Below are positions 1 through 9,071 of a DNA stretch of 64,000 nt, in pieces; position 1 is the first letter of the stretch, and the number at the start of each line of letters is the position of its first letter. The notes beneath the pieces are model-generated. The model was not told the DNA's origin and did not search any database. It saw nothing but the letters and a program-made list of their open reading frames with translations. A program made the translations under genes and the position numbers. This DNA comes from Arcobacteraceae bacterium (lineage in GTDB: Bacteria > Campylobacterota > Campylobacteria > Campylobacterales > Arcobacteraceae): NCBI GenBank assembly GCA_023138835.1, contig JAGLOP010000008.1:1149-65148 (forward strand). The letters are read 5' to 3'.

Positions 1-617
1 ATACTATCACTTTTACAGGTAGAAGATATGATACTGAATCAGGTCTTTATTACTATAGAAATAGAATGTACTCTCCAACACTAGCTAGATTTATATCTAA
101 AGACCCAAAAGGTTATGTAGATGGTATGAATTTATATGCTTATGTTAAGAATAATCCTTTGAAGTATTTGGATGCTATGGGGACTACGGCTTATCAAAGA
201 CAAAATGTATTTGAACAAAATTTTAATATAAATGATTCAAGTTATAATGGATATATGGAAGTTCCTGGGGCTGATTATAGCCAGAAGTTATCAACAGCAA
301 CTTGGCTTAGACCTGATGATCATAAATATGTTGTTGGTAGGGATACGATAAAAGGTTTTAGACCAGGTGACTTAATAACAGGATTTTTAGAAGATTATAT
401 GCCAGGAATGCACACTATGGGAACAATACATGATCCATTAGTAGATAGTTTGACAGCAATGGGAGTGCCAGATATATTAGCAAATATTCCAACAATGTCA
501 ACGGCTTATACAACGGCTATCAAGGTTGAGACTGTAAATAGTATAGTAGATGGTATAAATAGTATATTTGGAACTGATTATGATTTATCATTTGACCACA
601 ATCATCCAAAGGATTAA
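1..617 (+). CDS. Rhs/YD-repeat polymorphic toxin, 3' end only (rest lies left of the window), ending in variable toxin tip CT1
   Basis: Frame 3 is open from base 3. TITFTGRRYDTESGLYYYRNRMYSPTLARFISKDPKGYVDGMNLYAYVKNNPLKYLDAMGTT is the same core-end block that closes the YD-repeat cores at ~3500-3690 and ~5650-5840. About 145 unrelated aa follow. The ATG at 66 is internal. Confidence 0.85.
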   Translation, partial: TITFTGRRYDTESGLYYYRNRMYSPTLARFISKDPKGYVDGMNLYAYVKNNPLKYLDAMGTTAYQRQNVFEQNFNINDSSYNGYMEVPGADYSQKLSTATWLRPDDHKYVVGRDTIKGFRPGDLITGFLEDYMPGMHTMGTIHDPLVDSLTAMGVPDILANIPTMSTAYTTAIKVETVNSIVDGINSIFGTDYDLSFDHNHPKD

Positions 618-620
618 TTT

Positions 621-1169
621 ATGAAATATGTATTTTTAATATTTATAATAATTTTATCTAGTGGATGTGTTGTAAAATATAAAGATGATAGTAAAAATGA
701 ACGTTATTCTAAAATTATTGATAAACAATTTAAAATTATAAAACCATTACCAATAATGGCAAATTTACTTTATAGTAAGAATTCAAATAAAAAAAATGCA
801 ATATACTCCTATACAATAACACCTCCTCCTGGATATGCTGGAAGATATGTATCTTGGGGTAAACTATTAAAATCTAATACTATTTTTACTATTAAAAAGA
901 TTTTAGATTACGATGATTTGCTACTAGATGATTATTCTATATTTATTAATATAGATAACAATGAATTAATAAGAAACGATTTACCAATAAAAACAGGATT
1001 GCAGTTACCTCCTCCAGATAAAAATGGTATTTATACTTCGTTTGATACAGATAAAATAGATTTTTATAAAAAAAATGCATCAATACAAATACGTTCAAGT
1101 TTAACTATTTTAAGTAAAGATGGTAAGTATATAATAATGGATCCTGAATATTTTGAAGAAGTAAAATAA
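621..1169 (+). CDS. putative cognate immunity protein for CT1 (exported, probable lipoprotein)
   Basis: Starts 4 nt after the toxin stop with AAGGA 7 nt upstream. N-terminus MKYVFLIFIIILSSGC is a signal peptide ending in Cys. Close paralogue at 6273-6821 behind the related tip. Confidence 0.6.
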   Translation: MKYVFLIFIIILSSGCVVKYKDDSKNERYSKIIDKQFKIIKPLPIMANLLYSKNSNKKNAIYSYTITPPPGYAGRYVSWGKLLKSNTIFTIKKILDYDDLLLDDYSIFINIDNNELIRNDLPIKTGLQLPPPDKNGIYTSFDTDKIDFYKKNASIQIRSSLTILSKDGKYIIMDPEYFEEVK

Positions 1170-1239
1170 AATACAAATTAGGTGTGGGTATTGCACATGG
1201 CGAGAAAATCCGGGGACAGTATACCAATTAAATTAAAAA

Positions 1240-4185
1240 ATGGTGCCAGACACAAAAAAGGGAATAATAGATGCACAAAATAATAAAACAACATACAGCT
1301 ATGATGAGGCAGGAAATATCATATCTCAAACAGATGCAGCAAATAGTACAACTTTATACTCTTATGATAAAAATAAAAATATGATAAGAAAAACAAACCT
1401 ACTGGAAAATGAAGAGCTAATTCAATCATATGCTTATGACAAGTTAAATAGAGTGATATCAATTACAGATGCAAATGAAAACCAAACGATATTTGCATAT
1501 TCAGTACATAATGAAAAGATATCATCAACAAATGCAAAAGGAGATATTACAAAAAAAGTATATGATAAACTATCTCGTCCTATACAAACCATAGATGCAA
1601 AAGGTATCATCACAAAGCTAGAATATAACAATTTTTCAAATCTAGTAAAAGTAACTCAAGCATTAGGATTACAAGAAGAAGTAATAACTTCATATATCTA
1701 TGACAACATAGGAAATAAATTATCTCAAATCAAAGAGGATATAACAACCACATACCAATATGATAAACTAAACAATCTTGTAAAAACAACTATAGATAAC
1801 ATTAGCAGCTCAAATAGATATGATGATGAAAATAACCTAATAGAACAAACCGACCCCAAAGGTAATATCACATATTTTAAATATGATGAAAACAAAAACC
1901 TGATCCAAAAACAAAACGCAAAAGGAAATATCTATAAATATGTTTATGACAATAACAACAATCTTCTAAGTCAGACATCACCCCAAGGAAAAGTAAAACA
2001 ATTCCAATATAATGAACTTAATCAAAAAGTAAAATATACAGAAGGTAATGCAGTAAAAGAGATAACCTATCATAAAAACGGCAAAGTAAAAGATAGTATG
2101 AGTTTCAATGGTGTAATTACAAGTTATGAATATGATTCTTTAAATAGAATCATACAAAAAACTGAATCTAAAGATACTCAGGACGAAGCAATCACAAAGT
2201 ATAAGTACGACAATAACTCAAACCTAATTTCACAAACCAATGCAAAAGGTGCAGAAGTATATTATGAATACAACACCCTTAATCAAAAAACAAAAAAAAT
2301 AAATGGTGATAATACTTTTAAAAAGTTCTTCTACGATAAAAACTCAAATCTCATAAAAGAGATAAAAGAAGATGGTACCATAGTAGAGTATAGTTATGAT
2401 AATCTAAACAGAAAAATAAAAACCATAGCTAACAATCAGATAGAACAAGAATTTAGTTATGATAACCTATCAAGATTAACTCAATCAAAAGACTATAATC
2501 AAAACCAAAAAACTAATACAGTTTTATATACTTATGATAATCTAAACAACATAACTAAATCTACTCAAAATGGTAAAGTAGTAGATAAAGAGTATGACAA
2601 TAATTCAAATCTTTTAAATCTAAAAGTAGATAACAATATTATACAAACAAATAGTTATGATAAATCAAACAAACTCACACAAATAGAAAACTATGCAACA
2701 ATGAGTTATGACAATGATAATAAAATAAACTCTATAGAGTATAACAACGGTATAATAAACACTATTTCTATAGATAACAGAAATAGAGAGATAAAAAGAG
2801 AATACACAAAAACAGGTACTCTATACTCGCAAGAAACCTCTTATGATGAAAACTCAAATATCGTAAAAGAGATAATTTCTAAAAATAACAATGAAATCAT
2901 AAAAGAATACACCTATGATAAACAAGATAGACTTTTAAAAGATATCTATAAAGACCATAGCTTTCAATACGATAAAGTTGGAAATCAAATATTTACCACA
3001 CAAAATAATACTCCTGAATATAGAGATGTAAACTTAGATAATGAATATACATCTATAACAGACAGTAATATAGAATATGATGTAAATGGAAATGTAAAAA
3101 TCTATAAAGACAAAGAGTTCATATATGACTATAACAATAGATTAGTAGAGTTAAAAAAAGATAATATAACAATAGCTACATATACTTATGATGCACAAAA
3201 TAGAAGAGTAAGTAAAACTGTAGATAACATCACAACAGAGTATATCTATAACAATAACCAAGTGATACAAGAGTATGAAAATGATACTTTAACTAACTCT
3301 TATATTTATGCAAGTTATATAGATGACCCAATAGCATATACTTTTAACAATAAAACATATTTTTATGTAAAAGATAGACAATATTCTATTCAAGCTATCA
3401 CTGACCAAAACGGAGAGATAGTAGAAAGCTACTCTTACAATTCATTTGGTATAATGACAATGAAAGACCAAAGTGGAGGTGTCATCTTCAAGTCAAATGT
3501 AAGCAATACTATAACTTTTACAGGAAGAAGATATGATAGTGAATCAGAACTTTACTATTATAGAAACAGAATGTATTCTCCAACACTAGCTAGATTTATA
3601 TCTAAAGACCCAAAAGGTTATGTAGACGGTCTTAATCTTTATGCTTATGTTAAGAATAATCCTTTGAAGTATTTGGATGCTATGGGGACTACGGCTCAAC
3701 TTGCTAATACTATGTCACATCTTAATCCTGAGGATTATGGGTATGTTACTGTTCCTGGGGCTGATTATAGTCAGGAGTTTACTGATGTTGGTGGTTTTGT
3801 TGATGGTGCTACAGAGAAATTTAATAATGTTTTTAAAGGCTCTCAATATGGAGCAGGTACAGGTTATGGTATTGAATTTAAAGCTTCTAGTTTAGTTAAT
3901 ATAGGGGTTTCTTTTAATGATATTAGTGGTAAAGAATTGACTAGTAATGGTTTAAAGGATTTTCATGAATCATCGGCAGAGTTTAAAATTGGAATACTTG
4001 GAAATCAATTCAATTTAAATATAGATAGAAATTACAATATTAAACCAAAATGGAGTTATAATGACAATGCCTTTACTCTAGAAGATGCAAGTACTTTTTC
4101 TATTGGTATTAACTTAACATATCCACCTACATCACAAACCGTAAAATTAAAAGGGGAGGTACATTTAGATGAAATTTTTAAATAA
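1240..4185 (+). CDS. Rhs/YD-repeat protein (981 aa, no N-terminal delivery domain, no SD) with toxin tip CT2
   Basis: Dozens of YD repeats (TYSYDEAGN, YAYDKLNR, YIYDNIGN and others). Core end is RRYDSESELYYYRNRMYSPTLARFISKDPKGYVDGLNLYAYVKNNPLKYLDAMGTT, then a ~165-aa unrelated tail. In-frame stop 2 codons upstream of the ATG; no Shine-Dalgarno. Confidence 0.85.
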   Translation: MVPDTKKGIIDAQNNKTTYSYDEAGNIISQTDAANSTTLYSYDKNKNMIRKTNLLENEELIQSYAYDKLNRVISITDANENQTIFAYSVHNEKISSTNAKGDITKKVYDKLSRPIQTIDAKGIITKLEYNNFSNLVKVTQALGLQEEVITSYIYDNIGNKLSQIKEDITTTYQYDKLNNLVKTTIDNISSSNRYDDENNLIEQTDPKGNITYFKYDENKNLIQKQNAKGNIYKYVYDNNNNLLSQTSPQGKVKQFQYNELNQKVKYTEGNAVKEITYHKNGKVKDSMSFNGVITSYEYDSLNRIIQKTESKDTQDEAITKYKYDNNSNLISQTNAKGAEVYYEYNTLNQKTKKINGDNTFKKFFYDKNSNLIKEIKEDGTIVEYSYDNLNRKIKTIANNQIEQEFSYDNLSRLTQSKDYNQNQKTNTVLYTYDNLNNITKSTQNGKVVDKEYDNNSNLLNLKVDNNIIQTNSYDKSNKLTQIENYATMSYDNDNKINSIEYNNGIINTISIDNRNREIKREYTKTGTLYSQETSYDENSNIVKEIISKNNNEIIKEYTYDKQDRLLKDIYKDHSFQYDKVGNQIFTTQNNTPEYRDVNLDNEYTSITDSNIEYDVNGNVKIYKDKEFIYDYNNRLVELKKDNITIATYTYDAQNRRVSKTVDNITTEYIYNNNQVIQEYENDTLTNSYIYASYIDDPIAYTFNNKTYFYVKDRQYSIQAITDQNGEIVESYSYNSFGIMTMKDQSGGVIFKSNVSNTITFTGRRYDSESELYYYRNRMYSPTLARFISKDPKGYVDGLNLYAYVKNNPLKYLDAMGTTAQLANTMSHLNPEDYGYVTVPGADYSQEFTDVGGFVDGATEKFNNVFKGSQYGAGTGYGIEFKASSLVNIGVSFNDISGKELTSNGLKDFHESSAEFKIGILGNQFNLNIDRNYNIKPKWSYNDNAFTLEDASTFSIGINLTYPPTSQTVKLKGEVHLDEIFK
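3041..3690 (+). repeat. rhs core-end segment duplicated at 5191-5840
   Basis: 3041-3350 and 5191-5500 differ at only a handful of positions by eye. The rest is roughly 85% similar. Likely recombination substrate for tip switching. Confidence 0.85.
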
Positions 4186-4513
4186 GACTATGTTTTTGCG
4201 TTTAGGGTTTGTTATATTGGTGTTTTTTAATGTGGCAAATATAACATTTTTATTATTTGGATACAAAATTGTAGAAGAGTTCAATATATCATCAAGTGAA
4301 GGATTATTTAGTACTATTTCTATATTAATTGCATTTATTGTAAATATAATTGCTGTATATTTTATTTTTTATTGTTTTTTTCATTTATGGAAAAAATCAA
4401 ATTTACATATATTTTATAAAATACTATATTCAATTTTATTTGGATTAGGTATTCCAATGTTGATTTATTATATTATTGCAGTAGAAAAAAAGTTCTACAG
4501 ACAAAATACCTAA
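4169..4513 (+). CDS. putative immunity protein for CT2 (small polytopic membrane protein)
   Basis: ATG overlaps the rhs stop by 17 nt and is preceded by GGGGAGG. 114 aa with about 4 hydrophobic helices. Confidence 0.5.
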   Translation: MKFLNKTMFLRLGFVILVFFNVANITFLLFGYKIVEEFNISSSEGLFSTISILIAFIVNIIAVYFIFYCFFHLWKKSNLHIFYKILYSILFGLGIPMLIYYIIAVEKKFYRQNT

Positions 4514-4580
4514 TTCCCTCGTCTCCAAGTTTCAAACTTGGGATACATAAGAAAATATAAATAAAAAGAATAATTAAAAT

Positions 4581-6269
4581 ATGAGTAAATACATCTTCTC
4601 AGCTTATGACAAATTATCAAGACTAACTCAATCAATAGACTATAATCAAAATAGAAAAACCAATATAGTTGAATATAGTTATGATGAGTTAAACAATATA
4701 ACTAAATCTACTCAAAATGGTAAAATAGTTAATAAAACTTATGATAATAACTCAAACCTTACTTCTTTAAATCCCAATTCATTTGAAGTAACAAACCAAT
4801 ACAATAATCTAAACCTTTTAGAAAAAGTAAGTGTAAACAATAATGAGATAGCTAACTTCACTTACAATAAAGATAAAAGATTAACACAAATACAAAAAGC
4901 AAATGGGATAACACTAGATATAGATTATGATAAAAGAGCAAGAGAAGTTAATAGAATATATTCAAATAACATCTTCTCTCAAACAACAAAGTATGACCTA
5001 AACTCAAATATCATACGAGAAGATATGACTTTATCAAATAACAATATCATAAAAGAGTATGAATATGATTTACAAGATAGATTGATAAATGATCTTTCAA
5101 ATAATCATATCTATAACTATGATAAAGTAGGAAACCAAATATTCACTACACAAAACAATATCAATGAAACCAGAGTTGTAAATGAAGATAATGAATACAC
5201 ATCTATAACAGACAGTAATATAGAATATGATGTAAATGGAAATGTAAAAATCTATAAAGACAAAGAGTTCATATATGACTATAACAATAGATTAGTAGAG
5301 TTAAAAAAAGATAATATAACAATAGCTACATATACCTATGATGCACAAAACAGAAGAGTAAGTAAAACTTTAGATAACATCACAACAGAGTATATTTATA
5401 ACAATAATCAAGTGATACAAGAGTATGAAAATGATACATTAACAAACTCTTATATCTATGCAAGTTATATAGATGACCCAATAGCATATACATATAATAA
5501 CAATACTTACTACTATGTAAAAGATAGACAATACTCTATCCAAGCTGTAACAAATAGTTCAGGTAATATAGTAGAGAGTTACTCTTATAACTCATTTGGT
5601 ATAATGACAATGAAAGACCAAAATGGAGGTGTCATCTTCAACTCTAATGTAAATAACACTATCACTTTTACAGGCAGAAGATACGATACTGAATCAGGTC
5701 TTTATTACTATAGAAATAGAATGTACTCTGCTACATTAGGAAGATTTATATCTAAAGACCCAAAAGGTTATGTAGATGGTATGAATTTATATGCTTATGT
5801 TAAGAATAATCCATTGAAGTATTTGGATGCGTTTGGGACAACTTCACAACTTACAAAAACTATGTCACATTATAATCCATCAGACCTTGGGTATATGAAA
5901 GTTCCTGATACTGATTATAGTCAGGGGTTATCTGGTGTTGAACAAACAGCAACTTGGTTTAGACCTAAAAATCATGATTATGTTGTTGGTAGGGATACGA
6001 TAAAATATTTTGAACCAGGTGGATTAATAACAGGATTTTTAGAAGATTATATACCAGGGATGCACACTATGGGAACAATACACGATCCATTAGTAGATAG
6101 TTTGACAGCAATGGGAGTACCAGATGCATTAGCAAATGTTCCAACAATGTCAATGGCTTATACAATGGCTATAAAAGTTGAGACTGTAAATAGTGTAGTA
6201 GATGGTATAAATAATATGTTTGGAACTGATTATGACTTATCATTTGAACATAATCATTCAAAGGATTAA
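4581..6269 (+). CDS. orphan Rhs C-terminal fragment (562 aa) with toxin tip CT3 (CT1-like)
   Basis: YD repeats and core end RRYDTESGLYYYRNRMYSATLGRFISKDPKGYVDGMNLYAYVKNNPLKYLDAFGTT. The tail is mostly collinear with CT1 of 1-617. No SD in front of the ATG. Confidence 0.85.
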   Translation: MSKYIFSAYDKLSRLTQSIDYNQNRKTNIVEYSYDELNNITKSTQNGKIVNKTYDNNSNLTSLNPNSFEVTNQYNNLNLLEKVSVNNNEIANFTYNKDKRLTQIQKANGITLDIDYDKRAREVNRIYSNNIFSQTTKYDLNSNIIREDMTLSNNNIIKEYEYDLQDRLINDLSNNHIYNYDKVGNQIFTTQNNINETRVVNEDNEYTSITDSNIEYDVNGNVKIYKDKEFIYDYNNRLVELKKDNITIATYTYDAQNRRVSKTLDNITTEYIYNNNQVIQEYENDTLTNSYIYASYIDDPIAYTYNNNTYYYVKDRQYSIQAVTNSSGNIVESYSYNSFGIMTMKDQNGGVIFNSNVNNTITFTGRRYDTESGLYYYRNRMYSATLGRFISKDPKGYVDGMNLYAYVKNNPLKYLDAFGTTSQLTKTMSHYNPSDLGYMKVPDTDYSQGLSGVEQTATWFRPKNHDYVVGRDTIKYFEPGGLITGFLEDYIPGMHTMGTIHDPLVDSLTAMGVPDALANVPTMSMAYTMAIKVETVNSVVDGINNMFGTDYDLSFEHNHSKD

Positions 6270-6821
6270 TTTATGAAATATGTATTTTTAATATTTATAA
6301 TAATTTTATTTAATGGATGTGTTGTAAAATACAAAGATGATAGTAAAAATGAACGTTATTCTAAAATTATTGGTAAACAATTTAAAATTATAAAACCATT
6401 GCGAATAATGGCAAATTTACTTTATAGTAAAAATTCGAATAAAAAAAATGCAATATACTCTTATACAATAACATCTCTTCCTGGATATAGTGGAAGATAT
6501 GTTTTGTGGAACAAACTATTAAAACCTAATACTATTTTTACTATTAAAAAGATTTTAGATTATGATGATTTATTGTTGAATGATTATTCTATATTTATAA
6601 GTATAGATAAAAATGAATTAATAAGGAATAATTTACCAATAAAAACAGGATTGCAGTTACCACCTCCAAACAAAGATGGAATTTATACTTTGTTGGATAC
6701 AGATAAAATAGATTTTTATAAAAAAAATATATCAATAAAAATGCGTTCAAGTTTAAGTATTTTTAGCAAAGATGGCAAATATATTATAATGGATCCAGAA
6801 TATTTTAAAGAAGTAAAATAG
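5651..6821 (+). repeat. direct repeat of 1-1169 (toxin tip plus immunity cassette)
   Basis: Both nucleotide and protein sequences are collinear with window positions 1-1169 at high identity. Confidence 0.85.
6273..6821 (+). CDS. putative immunity protein for CT3 (paralogue of 621-1169)
   Basis: 182 aa, collinear with 621-1169. Signal peptide MKYVFLIFIIILFNGC. Confidence 0.6.
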   Translation: MKYVFLIFIIILFNGCVVKYKDDSKNERYSKIIGKQFKIIKPLRIMANLLYSKNSNKKNAIYSYTITSLPGYSGRYVLWNKLLKPNTIFTIKKILDYDDLLLNDYSIFISIDKNELIRNNLPIKTGLQLPPPNKDGIYTLLDTDKIDFYKKNISIKMRSSLSIFSKDGKYIIMDPEYFKEVK

Positions 6822-6854
6822 ATAATGTTATAAAAGAGATGATTGGACAATAAA

Positions 6855-7760
6855 ATGAAAAAATTACTTATTCTGGTTATTGCTATTATGTTGTTGGGAG
6901 TATTTTATATCAAAGATATGAATGCTCTTGCTGAGGAAAAGCAAATTTTAAAAGGAACAACTGAACTAGAACTACTTAAAGCTATCGCTGGACATAATTT
7001 AAATAATATAAAAAATATTTTAGATAAAAATCTAAAGCTTGTAAATAGTCAGAAGTTATCTAATAAAATTACTCCACTTATATGGGCAGTTCAAAGGGAA
7101 TATGAAGAAAGTGTTAAGGTACTTTTAGAACATGGTGCAGATCCAAACATAATTGCTGATTATAATAATACAGCTTTATTTGAATCAATTTCTGTTTCAA
7201 CAAATAAAGATTATGATTTTGATAGAAATATCAATATAACTAAACTGCTTTTAAAATATGGAGCTGATCCAAATATAGCAGCATATTGTAAACCTAAAAT
7301 AAATGGAATTTCATCTACTATAATATGCGGCACAACGCCTTTAATAAAAGCAGCTACAAGAAGTCTAAAAAAAGTAAAACTACTCGTAGAATATGGAGCA
7401 GACATTAATGCTAAAAATATTGATGGCACAACAACAGCAGCAGCCGCTTCTTTACGTAAGCAAATTGATATTGCATATTATTTAATAGTAACAAGAAATG
7501 CAAATTTCTCCTATCCTATCATACCTAAAAGCCTAAAAAATATTCCGGGAATTAGCATGAAAGTGGATTATCCGATAAGTTATTTACGTAATTGGCTTGT
7601 AAAACTTGGTTCAGAAGAACATAAAAAAAAGATGGAGATAGTTGAACATTTAAAAAAACAAGGAATTGATTATAGTAAGACTAAGCCTAGTAAAAGAAAA
7701 TTACAACAAATACAAAAGTTGTATCCTAATACATGGACTGAATATTTAAAAAAGTATTAG
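6855..7760 (+). CDS. exported ankyrin-repeat protein
   Basis: N-terminal hydrophobic segment, then ANK-type repeats (TPLIWAVQREYEESVKVLLEHGADPNI, LLLKYGADPNIA, TPLIKAATRSLKKVKLLVEYGADINAKNIDGTT). The track ORF starts at TTG 6843; ATG 6855 is more likely. Confidence 0.75.
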   Translation: MKKLLILVIAIMLLGVFYIKDMNALAEEKQILKGTTELELLKAIAGHNLNNIKNILDKNLKLVNSQKLSNKITPLIWAVQREYEESVKVLLEHGADPNIIADYNNTALFESISVSTNKDYDFDRNINITKLLLKYGADPNIAAYCKPKINGISSTIICGTTPLIKAATRSLKKVKLLVEYGADINAKNIDGTTTAAAASLRKQIDIAYYLIVTRNANFSYPIIPKSLKNIPGISMKVDYPISYLRNWLVKLGSEEHKKKMEIVEHLKKQGIDYSKTKPSKRKLQQIQKLYPNTWTEYLKKY

Positions 7761-7798
7761 TAATATTAGTATCAGAAATAGTTAAATATTTTAACTCG

Positions 7799-7820
7799 TT
7801 ACCACTCTTCTGAGTGGTAA
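7799..7820. terminator. hairpin between convergent genes
   Basis: TTACCACTC-TTCT-GAGTGGTAA is a perfect 9-bp stem. No U-tract on either side. Confidence 0.4.
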
Positions 7821-7846
7821 TGCATATAAAAAGTAACTATAAATAA

Positions 7847-8668
7847 TTACAATAACGATTTTTTATAAACACCTGGGCTTACAGCAAAGACTCTTTTAAA
7901 TGATTTGATAAAATGACTTTGATCATAAAAGCCTACTTCACATGCAATATCAATTAAATTTAGATGTTTATTTTCTAATAGCATTTTTTTTGCTTTATTG
8001 ATTTTTTGATTTATAATCAATGCTCTAGGGGTAAATCCAAATTGTTTTTTAAATACCCTAATTAAATATGTACCATTATATCCTGTGTATGAAGATAAAT
8101 CTTCTAAAGATATATCTTGATCTAAATTATTTGTAATATATTTCTCTATATTATTTGCGAGCTGATTGTATTGTTGTTCTTTAATATTTACTGTGCGATT
8201 AACATCACAATATTGTTTAAATATATCAGTTATAAATTCAGATAAGCTATTTTCATAATTTTTTGATGTATTATCATTCATAATTTGTTTAAAAAGGATA
8301 ATAAATTTATTATATAATTTTTGTTCATTTAGAATATTTGCATTAATGTTAATAAATTCAGAATCTTTTCCAAATATCTTTTTTTGGATAGATTGACACC
8401 ATTCTGTGCTTAAGTAAAGTATAGAATAACCTAAAGCCTTTTCTCTAGTATTTTTAGAGCAATGCACTATCTTTGGATTAAATATAGCAAGTTTATTTTT
8501 TTTAAGTACTTCTAATGTAGATGTATTAAACTCTATATTTATAGTACCTGACTCAATAACAGCTATACCTAACACACAATGTGAATGTTTTGAATAGTTT
8601 GAAAAAAGTTCGTTACTATATTTTAATTCTGCAAATAGTTTACCTTGATTTGTATATAAATATTTGAT
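7847..8668 (-). CDS. AraC-family transcriptional regulator
   Basis: C-terminal double HTH (LSSYTGYNGTYLIRVFKKQFGFTPRALIINQKINKAKKMLL, LIDIACEVGFYDQSHFIKSFKRVFAVSPGVY). The frame stays open 31 codons upstream of the track's GTG (8575) and encodes the expected cupin start (..FSNYSKHSHCV..). The only candidate start there is ATC 8668 behind TAAGGA. Conservative alternative: 7847-8575. Confidence 0.8.
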   Translation of the reverse strand: MKYLYTNQGKLFAELKYSNELFSNYSKHSHCVLGIAVIESGTINIEFNTSTLEVLKKNKLAIFNPKIVHCSKNTREKALGYSILYLSTEWCQSIQKKIFGKDSEFININANILNEQKLYNKFIILFKQIMNDNTSKNYENSLSEFITDIFKQYCDVNRTVNIKEQQYNQLANNIEKYITNNLDQDISLEDLSSYTGYNGTYLIRVFKKQFGFTPRALIINQKINKAKKMLLENKHLNLIDIACEVGFYDQSHFIKSFKRVFAVSPGVYKKSLL

Positions 8669-8902
8669 ATGTTATCCTTAGTTATCATATTTATATTTAT
8701 ATTATATTTTGTATGCGTCACAGTTAGCGTCACAGTTTTAAGAAATTTAGAAATATTTATTTTAAAATATTTAAGGATAAAATACAGTAGATTCAGAATA
8801 ATCAATTAAATTAAACAAATGTGTCTTAATGATGAAATTTTGTACAAAACTTGTACAGTCTGTTTTTGAAGTCTTATAAAGCTAGTATTTAAGGGGTATA
8901 AG

Positions 8903-9000
8903 TGGCGGACGAGGAGAGATTTGAATGCTTTATTATAGTTCAAAAAGCCCTTAAATAAAGGGATTTATAATTATTAGTTCGTTAGCAACCGACTAGCGAC
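8903..9000 (-). pseudogene. decayed tRNA-Ser-like remnant (23-nt exact 3'-end copy plus degenerate body)
   Basis: 8903-8925 is identical to the acceptor/T-loop end of the tRNA at 49565-49587. Downstream, CCCTTAAATAAAGGG and ..CAACCGACTAGCGAC align loosely with the anticodon and 5' acceptor regions. The T stem is broken. Confidence 0.55.
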
Positions 9001-9009
9001 GAACTATAA

Positions 9010-9033
9010 TGGCACAGTTGTGCCACTTTTTTT
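9010..9033 (+). terminator. intrinsic-terminator-like hairpin
   Basis: TGGCAC-AGTT-GTGCCA followed by C and T7 on the plus strand. It lies just downstream of fic on the minus strand, where the U-tract is poor, so strand assignment is ambiguous. Confidence 0.45.
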
Positions 9034-9071
9034 CATCTTTTTATTAGTGGAATTATGACAATAAATTAAAT

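Noticed and set aside
1170-1239. Relatively GC-rich 70-nt spacer before the 981-aa rhs fragment as a possible frameshifted rhs continuation
   Set aside because: All three frames hit stops within the spacer. The A6 run is too short to argue for phase variation.
8623-8805. 60-aa minus-strand ORF
   Set aside because: It overlaps the AraC N-terminal extension and promoter in another frame, and its peptide is low-complexity (Ile/Asn/Lys).
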